A stretch of 64,000 nt of DNA from the NCBI RefSeq assembly GCF_001194135.2, contig NC_068987.1:80860752-80924751 (forward strand), written 5' to 3'. Shown in pieces: positions 27,651-40,925 of the stretch. The position numbers and the translations under genes are program-made. The notes beneath the pieces are model-generated. The model saw only the letters and a program-made list of their open reading frames with translations, ran no database searches and was not told the origin of the DNA. This DNA is from Octopus bimaculoides. Lineage: Eukaryota. Each line of letters starts with the position of its first letter. The stretch's first letter is position 1.

Positions 27651-27978
27651 ATTGCGGTTTCGATTCCCAGACCGGGCGTTGTGAGTGTTTATTGAGCGAA
27701 AACACCTAAAGCTCCACGAGGCTCCGGCAGGGGATGGTGGTGAACCCTGCTGTACTCTTTCACCACAACCTTCTCTCACTCTTTCTTTCTGTTTCTGTTG
27801 TGCCTGTAATTCAAAGAGTCAGCCTTGTCACACTGAGTCACGCTGAATATCCCCGAGAACTACGTTAAGGGTACACGTGTCTGTGGAGTGCTCAGCCACT
27901 TGCACGTTAATTTCACGAGCAGGCTGTTCCGTTGATTGGATGGAACCCTCGACGTCGTAAGCAACGGAGTGACAACAA
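27651..27978 (+). mobile_element. Young SINE (family G) sharing its 3' tail with family F
   Basis: B-box GGTTTCGATTCCC, a distinct body, then about 150 bp similar to the F tail (GCCTTGTCACAC...CAGCCACTTGCACGTTAATTTC...GGAGTG). Confidence 0.8.
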
Positions 27979-28586
27979 TATGTGCATATATGGGTACAGG
28001 ACATCACCAACAGTAAACAACATGAAATACGAAAAGAAATGAGTTAAATACGCAAATAATGAGAGAAAAAAAGGGACAAGTAATACAAAGAATGACCCTT
28101 CATCAGTTGTTGGCTGTAAATCTACTTCCCATTTCGAACAATCAATGACATTTGTGTATGTATGTGTGTGTGTGCGCGTGTGTGTATATNNNNNNNNNNN
28201 NNNNNNNNNNNNNNNNNNNNNNNNNNNNNNNNNNNNNNNNNNNNNNNNNNNNNNNNNNNNNNNNNNNNNNNNNNNNNNNNNNNNNNNNNNNNNNNNNNNN
28301 NNNNNNNNNNNNNNNNNNNNNNNNNNNNNNNNNNNNNNNNNNNNNNACTGCGGCCATGCTGGAACACTGCTTTTAGTCGAGCAAATCGACCCCAGGACTT
28401 ATTCTCTGGAAGTCTAGTACTTATTCTATCGGTCTCTTTTGCCAAACTGCTAAGTTACAGGGATGTAAACACACCACCATCGGTTGTCAAGCGATGTTGC
28501 GGGGACAAACACAGATACACAAACATACATATATATACGACGGGCTTCTTTCAGTTTCTGTCTACCAAATCCACTCACAAGGCTTT

Positions 28587-28622
<36 letters not shown>

Positions 28623-30309
28623 TACACACATTCTTTTTTTTTTTATTTGTTTCAGTCATTTGACTGCAGCCATGCTGGAGCACCGCCGGTAGTCGAGCAA
28701 TTCGACCCCAGGACTTACTCTTTCTCATCACCATCACCATTATTATTATCATCATCATCATCATCATCATTAGAAGCAGTAATAGTGAGGCAGCAAGCTG
28801 GCAGAATCGTTAGCACGCCAGCCAAAATGCTTAGCAGTATTTTTGCTCATCACTCCGTTCTGAGTTCAAATTCCACCAAGGTTCATTTTGCCTTTCATCA
28901 TTTTGGGAGCTGATAAAGTAAGTCCAAGTGAAACCTTGGGGGTCGATGTAATCAACTAGTCCCCTCTCCTAAAATTTCAGATCTTGTGCCTTTAGTAGAA
29001 TGGATTATTATTAGTAGTAGTGGTGGTAGTAGTAGTAGTTTGATAAATTATGTTCCAAACATCAGTTTAATATAGAATGTACTTCTCATACATGGAGGAC
29101 TACACCTTAAGGAGTATCAATATTTAAACTGATTACCAATTAACGAAAAACGATTAGGTATATTACTAAATCACTCCGAATTCTTGATTATTTGCGAAAT
29201 TAATTGAAACTTAGGCTGTGCGTTTCATCAGAAATACTGTCATGAAAAGATTAAAGGATATAATTCTGACATAAAAGTTAAACACAGCCATTATTTAGAG
29301 CTTTTACTAGAAACTAGTAAGCTAAGCTTTATGATCACAAGAATAATAATCTCCTTAAGCTCACAATGATTTCAGAACAAATCAACAAGTAAAAAAATCT
29401 ATGTGGTCATTCTATCTGCTGGAAATAGCAGCCAAATCTTTCTCATGGAAAAGCATATCTAAAATCTTTTAATTGTTTCAGTCAATGGACTGTGGTCATG
29501 CTGGGGCACTGCTTTGAAAGGTTTAGTCAAAATAGAGCCTAGCATATATTTTAAAAGTCTGATACTTATTCTATTAGTCTTTTGCTGAACTGCTAAGTTA
29601 CAGGGATGTAAGCAAACCAACCTAGTTGACAGGGGAGTAGAACAAGCTTAGGCACACACAAACATACATATAAGACAGGCTTTCACACATTTTCCATCTA
29701 CCAAATTCATTCACAAGGCATTGGAACTGTAGTAGAAGACACTTGCTCAAGGTGCCACACAGTAGGACTGAACCTGAAATGATATGGTCACAAAGCTTGC
29801 TTTGTGACCACCTAACCCTAATCCTAACCCATGCCTAGCATCCTTTTATTCCTAAAACAGGAAGGACACATGAAATAATGCAGTCCAATATTTTAAATGT
29901 TTTTTTTTAAATTGATTTTTATCTGTATATAAAAATATATCCTTAGTTCTGCAATGCTTGTTGTTACTATTGTTGTATTTCTGGTCAGCCTTAAATGAGC
30001 AACCAAAGGCATTCCTGCCATGACTATCTCCTCTTTTGTTCAGAGTATATTTAGGGCTTAGTAACATAGTAAGTGTCCTCAACCCAGGGATGAGAGCAAA
30101 GATATTTTTGGTGCCCCACCTTAATTAACAAATATGATAAGTTGTAGAAAAATGTGCACCCTGTGCACCTACACTTAGAGGTACCCTGCTTTCCACTGAC
30201 AACCCTTCTGTTACAACTCAATGGACTGCATTATCCAGTGGAAATTTAAAAGAAAATGAGATTTCAAAATGAGTTATAAAATATATATATCTGAATAAAA
30301 TACAGTCAA

Positions 30310-30725
30310 TTGCTAGTGGTAAGAAGTTTGCTTCTCAACACAGTCTCAGGTTCAGTCCTACTCTGTGGAACCCAGGCAAGACTACAGCCCCAGGCCAATA
30401 AAAAAAATGTGAGAGGATTTGGTAGAAGGAAACTGGAAGAAACCCAGTGTGTGTGTGTGAGAGAGAGAGACAGAGAGTATGTGCATTTTCTCTATTTGTT
30501 ACTGTCTCCTTGCCTTGACATTATGTGATAGTTGTAAATGAGAGTCACTGTCATGCAAGCAGTATCCTTTGTTTCCAATCTTCCATAAAAACAGGTCTGG
30601 CCACGGGGAAATATTACCTTACTGGAAATAGGTGAGGGCTGGCAACAGGGAGAAAATGTAGAAAATACACCTCAACTAATTATGTCCAGCCCTTGCAAGC
30701 ACATAAAAGTGAACATTAAAATGAT
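30310..30725 (+). mobile_element. SINE family A2: A-type head with an RTE-like 3' tail
   Basis: The head is the same as A1, followed by (GT)n and then a different 3' half ending ...GAACATTAAAATGAT. Related copies lie at about 1190-1490, 12930-13160, 16845-17220(-), 47680-48090(-) and 57000-57390. Confidence 0.7.
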
Positions 30726-30926
30726 AAGAAGGAAATTTCCATCAGTCAAAGCTGACCAAGTCCCAGCACATATACGCAGAGGCCTAGGCAAGATTTTTAT
30801 GAAGACAACTAGCAGTTACTCATGCATGCAATCTCCCTTTTCCGCCCCATCCGTATTTCTCCAATGGAAAAATTACTCACATTATTTACATAAGATGGAT
30901 ATGTGTCCTCGTCATATTTGTTGTTA

Positions 30927-30970
30927 CCACAACATTTCAGCTGTTTTACTCTCCAGCCTTCGTCAGGCAT
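30927..30970 (-). ncRNA. Type I hammerhead-like motif, decayed copy
   Basis: Minus strand: ATGC-CTGACGA-A GGCTG GAGAGTAAAA CAGCT-GAAA-TGTT-GTGG. The core and GAAA are intact, stem II is GGCTG/CAGCT and the triplet is GUU. Stem I is weak. Confidence 0.6.
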
Positions 30971-31040
30971 CCTGGTAGAATTTTGAACCCAACCCTAGGT
31001 TCTCATTCCTAAGGTATTTTTTTGATAATGCTATTATTAT

Positions 31041-31613
31041 TGAGTGAAAGTGCAGTGCATGCCATCAAAGTGACACTGGGGTAAAATATACGAAGCCCAA
31101 TATACCCATCATGAGTACCTGTCTGATAAGGGTACACCAGGCACATGCATCAAAACCATATGTGTGCGACATCGTGATCTCATATCAAAATAAGCAGCAC
31201 ATGACCTCGCAGGTGGGGCCCAATTAGAATTTTCTTCAGGTTGAGTAGCCCATCCCGCTCAAAAGGTCCCTGAATAAGGTTTGCTTAAGGATGTTGAGCA
31301 AAACACCCATGTTTCCAAAAGTGAATTATTCAAACCCCAAAGAATTCCTTTCAACACACGGCTATGATGCTCCCCCACTACTTCTGCTCATGATCAGAGG
31401 TGCACATATTGTCTGCCACCAAGGGACATGCTGAACTGGTTAAGGTCAAACAACTGACAAGCAAATCTGTGGTATTGAGCAGAATATTTGCTGTAGCCCA
31501 TCTTTTATACCATATTATTATTATTATTATTATTTATTCAAGGCACTGCCTGGAATTGAACTTTGAATCTTGGGTTAGTAGCCTGTGCTCTTAACTATTA
31601 TGCTATATGCCCG
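31041..31613 (-). mobile_element. Long (about 570-bp) tRNA-headed SINE-like repeat
   Basis: Head GGCATATAGCATAATAGTTAAGAGC...AGTTCAATTCC at the right end, followed by a non-coding body. Confidence 0.55.
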
Positions 31614-34419
31614 TAGAACAGGAAAAATTACTGTCATTGTACTGTTACAGTTTGGCACTAGTAACACTGCAGACTTTGCCACCAGATTGCAAAGATCCAG
31701 AACATATGAGATAAAATAACTTGTCCAACTGTCTGACAGTTCCACTTATCAGACAGTGGAACTGCTCTGGATTGGTATTTTTTTATTGACTCTTGAAGGG
31801 TGAAATGTGAAGTTGATCTCAGTGAGATTTGAACTTGAAGGGCAGAGAGTCAAAACAAACACCACAAGGTATTTTATCCAATGTTCTAATAACTTTCCTA
31901 ATTTACCACCTTTGTCTTTTATCTTCTATTTATTTTAGTCATTTGATTGTGGCCATGCTAGGGCACTGATTGAGGTCACAATATTTCTCCTGAACAGGAC
32001 GCAGTTGGTTGCAGAGTTATTCATTTACAGCTCAGAGAACTAGAACAAGGTGAAATGAAGGGTTTTGCTCATAAACACTAAGTATCACCCGGTTTGGGGA
32101 TTGAAACCATGACTTTGTGATTGTGAGTGTAACACCCTAACCTCTAAGAAATGTGCCTTCTCTATGAGAAGTATGAACATCACATAAAGTATGTTTTTAC
32201 TTCACATAAAGTAAAGTCAAAGAGACAACCTGGTACAAGAAAGTAATTAATGGACGCAGTTTGTTTGCTGATTTCCTCTACTCAATGCCACTTGACTTCA
32301 CTAAAGATATGTTTAAGTGAAGCCAGGCTTAACAAAATCAATCTATCTACGTTATAAGAAAAGTAACAACTTATGATAATAATATGAATCATCTGATATT
32401 GGCTTTTGTCATCAACTGTACTTATAGAATTAAAGCAATGACAACATATTTCTACTAACAATTCATTGAATAAAATAAGATAAACAGAATAAATTAGATA
32501 ATTTCATTTCATAATTTCCATGACAATTTTGATTTTGTTTGATTCTTTTTTTTTCATCAACTATTCTGGAACATTTCCAAATTTTACACGTAGAAAGGCT
32601 ATCATTTAATTATCTTCATTTGCATGTACAAAATTTTTGGCAAATGCTTCAACAATACAGCCGCCATTGAGAGAAGAAAAAGAAAAACAAAAACTCTGGC
32701 CATAAAAGATATCTGTAGTAAATAGGTTCAAATATCAAAATAAAAATCAATAAAATCTTAGACTTTAATATTGATCTCATTTAGATAGCTTGTTCAATGT
32801 AGGATAAATTCTAATGTGTATTCCAGTCAACAGATTTCAAGAGTGCACTCTGCTAAATAAATTTTCTAAAATAATTTAGGGAGATATTTTATCTCAATGA
32901 TAAAAACAAAATTAAACAATTGCAGTAATTATTGTTTCTTGAAAACTAAATAAAAGTTTAAATATCTTATCTAAATTAGAAATATATTTTCAAGACAAAC
33001 TAATACCATCAAAACTAATCTGATGGTGGCCACTTAGGTGATACTAGAAAGTGAAAGTGAAAGTAAAAGGTTAAGCAATCCATATTTCAAAATATTTCAA
33101 CAATTCTTCAAGGTTAAATAAATCCCTAGCTTCTCAAATCTGCAGTGACATTGATAAGTTAGAAAGCTTAAGATTATGGCTAACTAATGCTGCAGGCAGT
33201 TAATTAGCAGTAACCAAAGGAAACTCAATACAATCAAATTGACGCAGATCTGAGGATATAAAAGCTAAAGATAGAAATGGATACTAATAGATATTATAAG
33301 AAATGACACGTATGAAGCACTTAAGTCAGGTAGCCACTAGTCTATAGTAATATCATCAACAATAACTGATTATAGACCTTTATCTATCACAAGAAACCAA
33401 TACATCAACACTTCACGAAATAAGAGATATCAATAGGTTATTTCATTATTTATTTCAGTTTCATTCACTAAAAGCCTGGTGTCATATCAAATTGGAGTGA
33501 ATCTCTGTTTTCAAGGTACTAACCTGTTTAGATATATCACTCAATTAACCAAGTAGCTGCTTTAACACAACCACAAGAACCCCTGAGTGTCTTTAATGAA
33601 AAAATCAACTTTTGGATTTAATAGAACACATTAATTATCAAATCACTGCACCTAATATAGACAAAATTATAATTTAGCATTTCACTTCAGATACAATCTA
33701 TCTGTATTTTTGATCATTGCTTGATTTGACAATCTTCTAGAGTTGATAAAAGAAAATACTAATCAAGCACTAGGATAATCATAACTGATTTACTCTTCCT
33801 ATCTTCAAACCTGAGGCCTTCTAATCATCACCATCATTTAACAACCACTTTTCCATGCTTGCATGGGTCATACAGAATTCGGTGAAGCAGATTTTTCAAT
33901 GACCAGATGCTTTTCCACTGGTTAACTCACACCAGCTTCCAAGCAAGGTAATATTTTCCCCCATAGTTAAAAAAGATAGTAAAATGTAATTTGAGGTAGA
34001 TTTGGCTGTTATACCTAGCAGATTGAGTGGTTACAAAGATGCTCTCTTATTGGTTCATATGTCATTTATTTCAATGCTTTGCAAAATCCACAAGTTAATC
34101 ATTAGGAATTATTGTCTGTTCAGTTAATAATTAACATTTTTTTTTTTAGTTATGATTACAAAGTTTGGAGAAGAAGAGACAAGAAATAATTATAACATTG
34201 CACAAATTTATTATTCACATCTTAAATATCATGTCTAGAGAAATATATTTATGAGCCATTTCTGTAAAGTATTACTGGATGTATCAAATACACAGTGATT
34301 TGTGTGTGTGTGTGAGCATGTGTATGCATGTGTGTATGAAATTGATTCATTTTCATCATTACCTGGTGCTTCACACTGCTGTGCAATCATTCTGGGAGTA
34401 AATAAATTCTACCATATGC

Positions 34420-34792
34420 AATGAATACTTTCCCTCTCATTTGCATTCCTGTGGCCTGTGTGTTTTTTGTACTCTGTTTATGTTCTGTTTATCATTTTGT
34501 CCACGTTTGTTTGTAACGTCCTGTATATGCATCTACATATACATGTAGATGAAGGTATGTACATACATGTGCATATATATATGCACATACTCACATATTA
34601 TTTGTATTATATATATATATATATATAATTTTTTTTTTTCTCCGTGTTTTTCTCCTTGTCTCCGTATTCTTTCTGTTGAAGAGCGTAGCTCGAAACGTCA
34701 AAGACTTTCCGTATTCCCGAGCGTCATACTAATATATACTTTTGTTATTTACACCACCTGTCCTCGTCTGTTGTTATTTTTTGTATATTCTC

Positions 34793-34795
<3 letters not shown>
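34420..34795 (+). mobile_element. Non-autonomous repeat carrying the HHR-like motif, with an internal (TA)n
   Basis: The T-rich body and the 'gtcctgta...atgca..acatat' segment resemble the minus strand of 27985-28140. It ends at a (TA)n tract. Boundaries are approximate. Confidence 0.4.
34668..34704 (+). ncRNA. Minimal type I hammerhead-like motif with expanded core
   Basis: TCTTT-CTGTTGAAGA-GCGTAGCTC-GAAA-CGTC-AAAGA. It has a 5-bp stem I (TCTTT/AAAGA), a G10.1-C11.1 pair, GAAA, a palindromic ACGT stem III and a GUC cleavage triplet. The core is CUGAAGA plus 3 nt. Confidence 0.55.
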
Positions 34796-34869
<74 letters not shown>

Positions 34870-34877
34870 CATACATA

Positions 34878-35754
34878 GAGGGTGTTTGGGCTTAATTTGA
34901 TAGTTTGCATAAAAAGAAAAGATAACACAGTATCACATCTAAAAATGAATAAGAGTATTTTTTAAAAATCGAAAAAATATCAACAAGATCATGGTTTGGA
35001 GATAACATTTTACACAAAATAGATGTCCTCAGTTTCTACCGTGGCCTCAAGACAGCTCTGGAACCAGGAGCATACATTCCTCCCTGTGTCCTTGGGAATA
35101 ACTCTGAACATCTGCTTGATCTTGGTCACCAGCTCAGCCTTGGTGATGCTGGTAGAGTGGTTGGTGTGTTTCTCAACTAATTTCCAATAGCATGGGAATT
35201 AGGCCAGAAATTGAGACTGATGAAGTCATACAAAATTCTCCAACAATTGACTTCTGACTGTTTCTGGAAGTATGGCAAGGAGCCAAATCCTGCTGCTACA
35301 CATGTTGCCTTCCAGCAGCAACCCTCTCTTGTCAGGATTTGACTGCAGTCTCAAGCAGCTTGACATAACCATCTGAATCAAACCTAAGGCACTGTTCAAA
35401 GATGTGGGGCAGCATGCTGTCACCTTCATGACACTCCACATGGTCCTTCCTGCTGGCCACAGCTTTGTAGTCTCCAATGCAGCTATCCTTGTTATGAATT
35501 ACAGCCTTTACAGTATTCACAGAGCACTGAGTAGCAGTCATGGTGTCAGCATTTTGATAACAGGTGTGAATACAGGTAGGTTTTTTCTGATATTCACATG
35601 GTTTCCAGCCCTCTATATCAGCTAACACTTTTCTCAACTACAACTTTAATCCCTATGCTCTCCAACACCAGTGACTGTTCATTAACATGTCAAGCACCTT
35701 GCTGAAAAAAAAAGGAGATATAAAAAAATCATCAGATTTAACTCAAACACCCTG
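34878..35754 (-). mobile_element. Internally deleted Tc1/mariner (maT/DD37D-like) transposon
   Basis: Imperfect TIRs of about 29 bp (GAGGGTGTTTGGGCTTAATTTGAT / CAGGGTGTTTGAGTTAAATCTGAT) are each flanked by TA. The transposase remnant at about 35016-35470 reads GDSMLPHIFEQ, ERVAAGR..V.QQDLAPCHTSR, FWP and KAELVTKIK. The SPD.NP.D motif is deleted. Confidence 0.85.
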
Positions 35755-36427
35755 TATATTCTGATATCTAAATCTGATTCTTATTACTGTTCTGGCTTGT
35801 CATTCTCCCTTGGGTAGTTCTACTTAAAATCCTACTTTTCTTATTTACTTTTGAAGGATTCTTAGAGTGAAAATTGGATGGAATATAAGGTAAAAAGATT
35901 TAATATATCTAAATGAAATACTACGAATTTTTGTTTTTTTTTTGTTTTTTCAATTTTTCTAGAGAGATAACAACAATTGTTTTAACTCCATTGTTCATTT
36001 ACATCAATATATAATATAATGATAACAGACATTGCAATCAATCGATGAGCACATACATTACAAAAAGAGATGACATATTAAAACCAAGGGAAGGGGAGTT
36101 TCTATATTAACAAGTATAATAAAACAAAGATGGTACTCCTTAAGATTAGCTAATCCAAATTTTGAAACAATATAGACAATACCATTTGGAGTGGAATTAA
36201 TTTTCAAAATCAACTTGTAGTTTCCTACTGAAGCAGCATTCATCAGATGTATGCAAACTGCTTTTGAATTCCATTTGAAGCTCTTCACCCACCCTACTTA
36301 TGTTTCTAGGGAAAGTATTGTTTCTGCTCATTTAGAAGGCAATGAGAATGCACTGAAGAGAATCTTCTTTAGTATAATACAACAGTTATACTTAAAGACA
36401 GTAAAAAAAAATGTTAAATAAAGAGAC

Positions 36428-36487
<60 letters not shown>

Positions 36488-37274
36488 GGATGGTTGGTTG
36501 GTTGGTTGGCTGGATAATGTGATAGATAACTAGATAGATAGATAGTATAGACAAACAACTGAGTGACTAGATAGATGCATCTCTGCCACCAATGTTCTGT
36601 CAATTTTTTTGTGCTGACTAACATGAGTTAGACCAATGGTTCTCAAGCACAATTCATATAAGATTTTGTTGTAAAAAATTCATGTGCAATAAATTGCTTA
36701 TATTTCTACAATACATAAAATATTTTGACAACTTTTTTTTTTATATAATCCTAAATATCATTTAATTATGAAGAATATAATAGGAATTTTTAAATATTGA
36801 ATGGGAGGTCTATCAGAATGAAATATGCATCAAAGAGATCCATCAGAATGAAATATGAAAAATACAGAAGTCAACTCTTGTCACAAACTTAATTCTTTTG
36901 TTACCATATTTCAGTTAAAATATGCCTGTTTTTTGTTTCAGTAAAATAACTTTGATGTCTGGAACAGAAGTTAACATGGAATTTTGATGGAAGAATTTAA
37001 TTTAAATCATTTTAAAACTGGAAGTTTGTATCATAAAACCAGGAGCGGTCTCAAACAGGTTGGTATCAAAAGGGTTCGTAAATTCCAAAGGCTTTTTTGT
37101 GGGTGCTTTTCACCAAAGTACCTTGATCTTCTATCCACTCTATCGCAGCTGAAAGCAACAGGGGCATTGCTCTCACTCACGTCTACATTTAACAGTATGG
37201 ATGCCAAGTTCCTTTCTCAATTCAGAGGTATGTACCACTTCATTTCCAGGGGAAACTTTGAAAGGTTGTGAATA

Positions 37275-37547
37275 CAGTGGTTCTCAACCATTTTTTGCCA
37301 AAGGACACCTTTGATTTTTATTTTACTCTACTGGATACCAGTAGCCATTTAATGTTTAAAAAATTCCTATTGAATTTTTATAATTAAAATTTATTAGGAG
37401 TGGCTGTATGGTATGAAGCTTGCTTCCCAACCACATGGTTCTGGGTTCAGTCCCACTGTGTGACACCTTGGGCAGGTGCCTTCTACTACAGCCTCGGGCC
37501 GACCAAAGCCTTGTGAGTAGAATTGGTAGGCGGAAACTGAAAGAAGC

Positions 37548-37618
<71 letters not shown>

Positions 37619-37993
37619 GTATGTATTTGAGTGTCTGTGTTTGTCCCCCCACCCCATCGCTTGATAACCAATGTTGGTGTGTTTACATCCCCATCACTTA
37701 GCAAAAAGAGGCCGATAGAATGAGTACTAGGCTTATAAAGAATAAGTCCTGGGGTCAATTTGTTCAACTAAAGGCAGTTCTCCAGCATGACTGCAGTCAA
37801 ATGACTGAAACAAGCAAAAGAATAGAAGAATAATTGTATAAAAGAATTGTTAAAATATTTTGTGTACTGGAGAAGTATGACCAATTTATTGCACATGAAC
37901 TTTAAACAAGAAAATCTTATACAGACCCCCGAGTAGTCATATGGACCCACAAAGGTGATATGGACCCTCAAGGGTCCTGGTTGAGGACCACTG
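37275..37993. mobile_element. hAT-like MITE with a SINE inserted
   Basis: TIRs CAGTGGTTCTCAACC / GGTTGAGGACCACTG match at 14 of 15 positions. A SINE-A copy occupies about 37396-37830. The 8-bp TSD is not conserved. Confidence 0.7.
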
Positions 37994-40819
37994 CTTTAGA
38001 ATATATAGAATGTTGTTACAGAAAAGTATTTTCTAACCATGTAATTAATTAAAACAAAAATAAGAAACAAAAAGGATAATCTACAATGTTACTTCAAAAG
38101 AAATAAAGTTAGCAATTACTCCTATTGAAAACCATTCTCATATTATTATTATGTACAAACATCTAATCATACCAGAGCTTTCTAATACTAAAAAATCTAA
38201 AAAGAATGTGAGAAAAGTCACCAGTCACTAGTAGACCTTGCTGTCTAGAAGGTGACAGCAAACACAATATTAAATTTATAACAATCAGAAATGGTGTAAA
38301 AATGACTTTGAAATGTAAAATGTAACAATGATAGCTACAGATCAAAGTAGGTGGTTTTTTTTCTTTTTTTGAAACAGGGCATTGTTTCTTATTCTTTCTA
38401 ATATTCTCTATTGGTAAGATTCCACAAATAAAAATATAAAAATACCTTCATTCTCTATAAATCTTACAAAATCTATTTACTTTTCACAGTCTACATTTAT
38501 TCTATATACTTGTGTGTGTATGCATATGCATGTGTATGCATATGCATGTGTATGTGTGTGTATATACACACACATACACAATACTCATGCACAAACATAT
38601 GTACATATGTATGTATGTATGTATGTATTTGCTCCTTTTTTTTTTTAATATTCTAAAAAGAATATAATCTTAAGATATAACTCTGTTTTATCAGATCTAA
38701 ATGAAAAATGTTTGTGACAATCTTGGATAAATCTTAGCTTATAAAATAAATAAAGAAAAATAAGCTTTCTTTTTTCTTTTCAGAAGAAAAAAAATGTATC
38801 TGCTTTGAAATAACATATTCATAATGCTTCACTGTATTTGAATCAGGCTTGGCAATAAGATAACATCTTTGCAAAGAGCAGTGCCTCCAAGAATGTGAGA
38901 CTTGTTTTTTTTTCTTTTTTTCTTTTCTATCAAGTAAAATACAATATTTCAATCTCAAATAAATCCTGTCTCTCTATCTACAAGTCCAAGAGAAGATGAC
39001 TTACTGAAGCAAAATATTTTCATCTTCAGAAGATGTTTGTTGTTTCTTTCTTCTCTTTTATTTATTCATTTATCTGTTTGTTTGTTTATTTATTTATTAT
39101 CAGATTCAGAAAATGATATAGATAAAATCTCAACTAATCCAATTACATCAAAACACAACTTTTATTCAGCTTCAGTTTCATTATGACCTACAGCAGTTGA
39201 AAGTGCATTGAAGTCTCCTGGGACTTAAGACTATGGCCATATATTTTCCAGTATGACAGCACGACAATAAATAAACAAACAACAAGTCTCAAATTAACCT
39301 TGTGTGTTCAATGCTGCTAGTAATCAATAAACTTTGTCGAGTTACTTCAGGTAGAGTAAATATCATATAGTATTCAATATCAGAAAGCATAAAATTAGGG
39401 ACACAGAGAGCAGAACGAGTTAATTTGAACTGGCAGTTTGCTTTCAGCAATGCAGCAGATAATATCTAATTGCAACATATCTGACTTAACAAATTGTTCA
39501 GACTAGATTAAAAGGGACATTATGTATTAACAGACACATTTTACTGAATGCAAAGTAGAATGAACACATAGAAATAACGCACAAGACCAAGCTAAGTATT
39601 ATTCAAGTGCAGATATTCATGTCTCTTGATTATTCATAAACCTGGTTAAACAATGAAACACCAAGCTAAATGATAAAGAATTCTGACCATTCCAAACACT
39701 AATTTCTGATTATATGTAACTAACTTGAAGACATTGTGAATCACCATGAGTGTCTGGTTTTGACACAGTAACACCTTTCTGTTTATCTTCCTAAACAGAA
39801 CAGGTCAGAATCAAAGTTATCGCTTCTGACTTCAACACTTCCAATTTTCCAAGCAGCAAATCCTCATTTTAGCAACATCAAATAATGATAGCATAGCCAT
39901 TATCGCTAACATTGTATCGTAAATAGCTAAAATAATTTTCTCCTTGAAAACAAAGACATATTTCTGTTGGCAAAGAAAAAAACAACACAGCAAAACTGAC
40001 AAATAAATAAAGACTACTACCAAATGAAAATAATCTGTCATAGAAAACTTTATCATTTTTATCATCCAGCAACAAATATTTTCAAAAAGAAGAATGGTGG
40101 TGTGGCAAACATGATTTTTTTATTGTAGGACCTCCAAGCCAGCAAAAGGACAATAAAAACCATGATTCATGGGTTACTAAAGTAGAAACTGGCATATAAA
40201 GATATTGAGTTTTCTTTAGACCAGAGACTTAGTTTGAATATTTACAACAGAGTATATTCTGCAAAATCCATCCAAATTATATTACAATGTAAATGTTTTT
40301 ACATTTTTACTGTTGAGAATTAATAAGGAAGTAATTTTAGTTTCCTTTTTTTAATTCTAAACGTTAAACATTAATCCATATTTTTTTAACTAAGTCAAAC
40401 GAGCAATTAATTTTTTGTTTTTTGTAAGTACTCTCCATTACAGTAGATGCATAAGGGGCCTGACATCGTCCACCTTTTGTATTTTAGTTTTTTGAGCAGG
40501 TACATTGTGACCTGTGAGTCATAACAGGTAACAAAAATCAGATTTGCAAACAGAAGAGATTGACATATGGCAAAAAATGATGCACGAAAATTTCCTGTCC
40601 AACCCATGTCAACACAGAGCACAATGAATGATAATTCAAACAGCAGAATAGATGTTATACCATGAGGAAGAAAAGAAACCAAATATTTCAGGCAGAAGCC
40701 TTCGCCATTAAAAAAGAAATGTCAAATGGTGTTGAAGGATAAATAAACAGGGATTAGCAAGAGCGAAGAGGTAAATGACAAGGACATAGCAAAAAGATAT
40801 ATAAACAGAGTATATATGC

Positions 40820-40860
<41 letters not shown>

Positions 40861-40870
40861 NNNNNNNNNN

Positions 40871-40925
<55 letters not shown>

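Noticed and set aside
28085-28140. GAAA...CTGATGA on the minus strand, a possible type II hammerhead
   Set aside because: I could not form stems I-III or find a UH site.
29810-29830. CCTAACCCTAATCCTAACCC, telomere-like
   Set aside because: It has only about three imperfect units.
33200-33500. TDYRPLSIT, a LINE RT-like motif
   Set aside because: It is a single short motif without recognisable neighbours, too weak to list as a feature.
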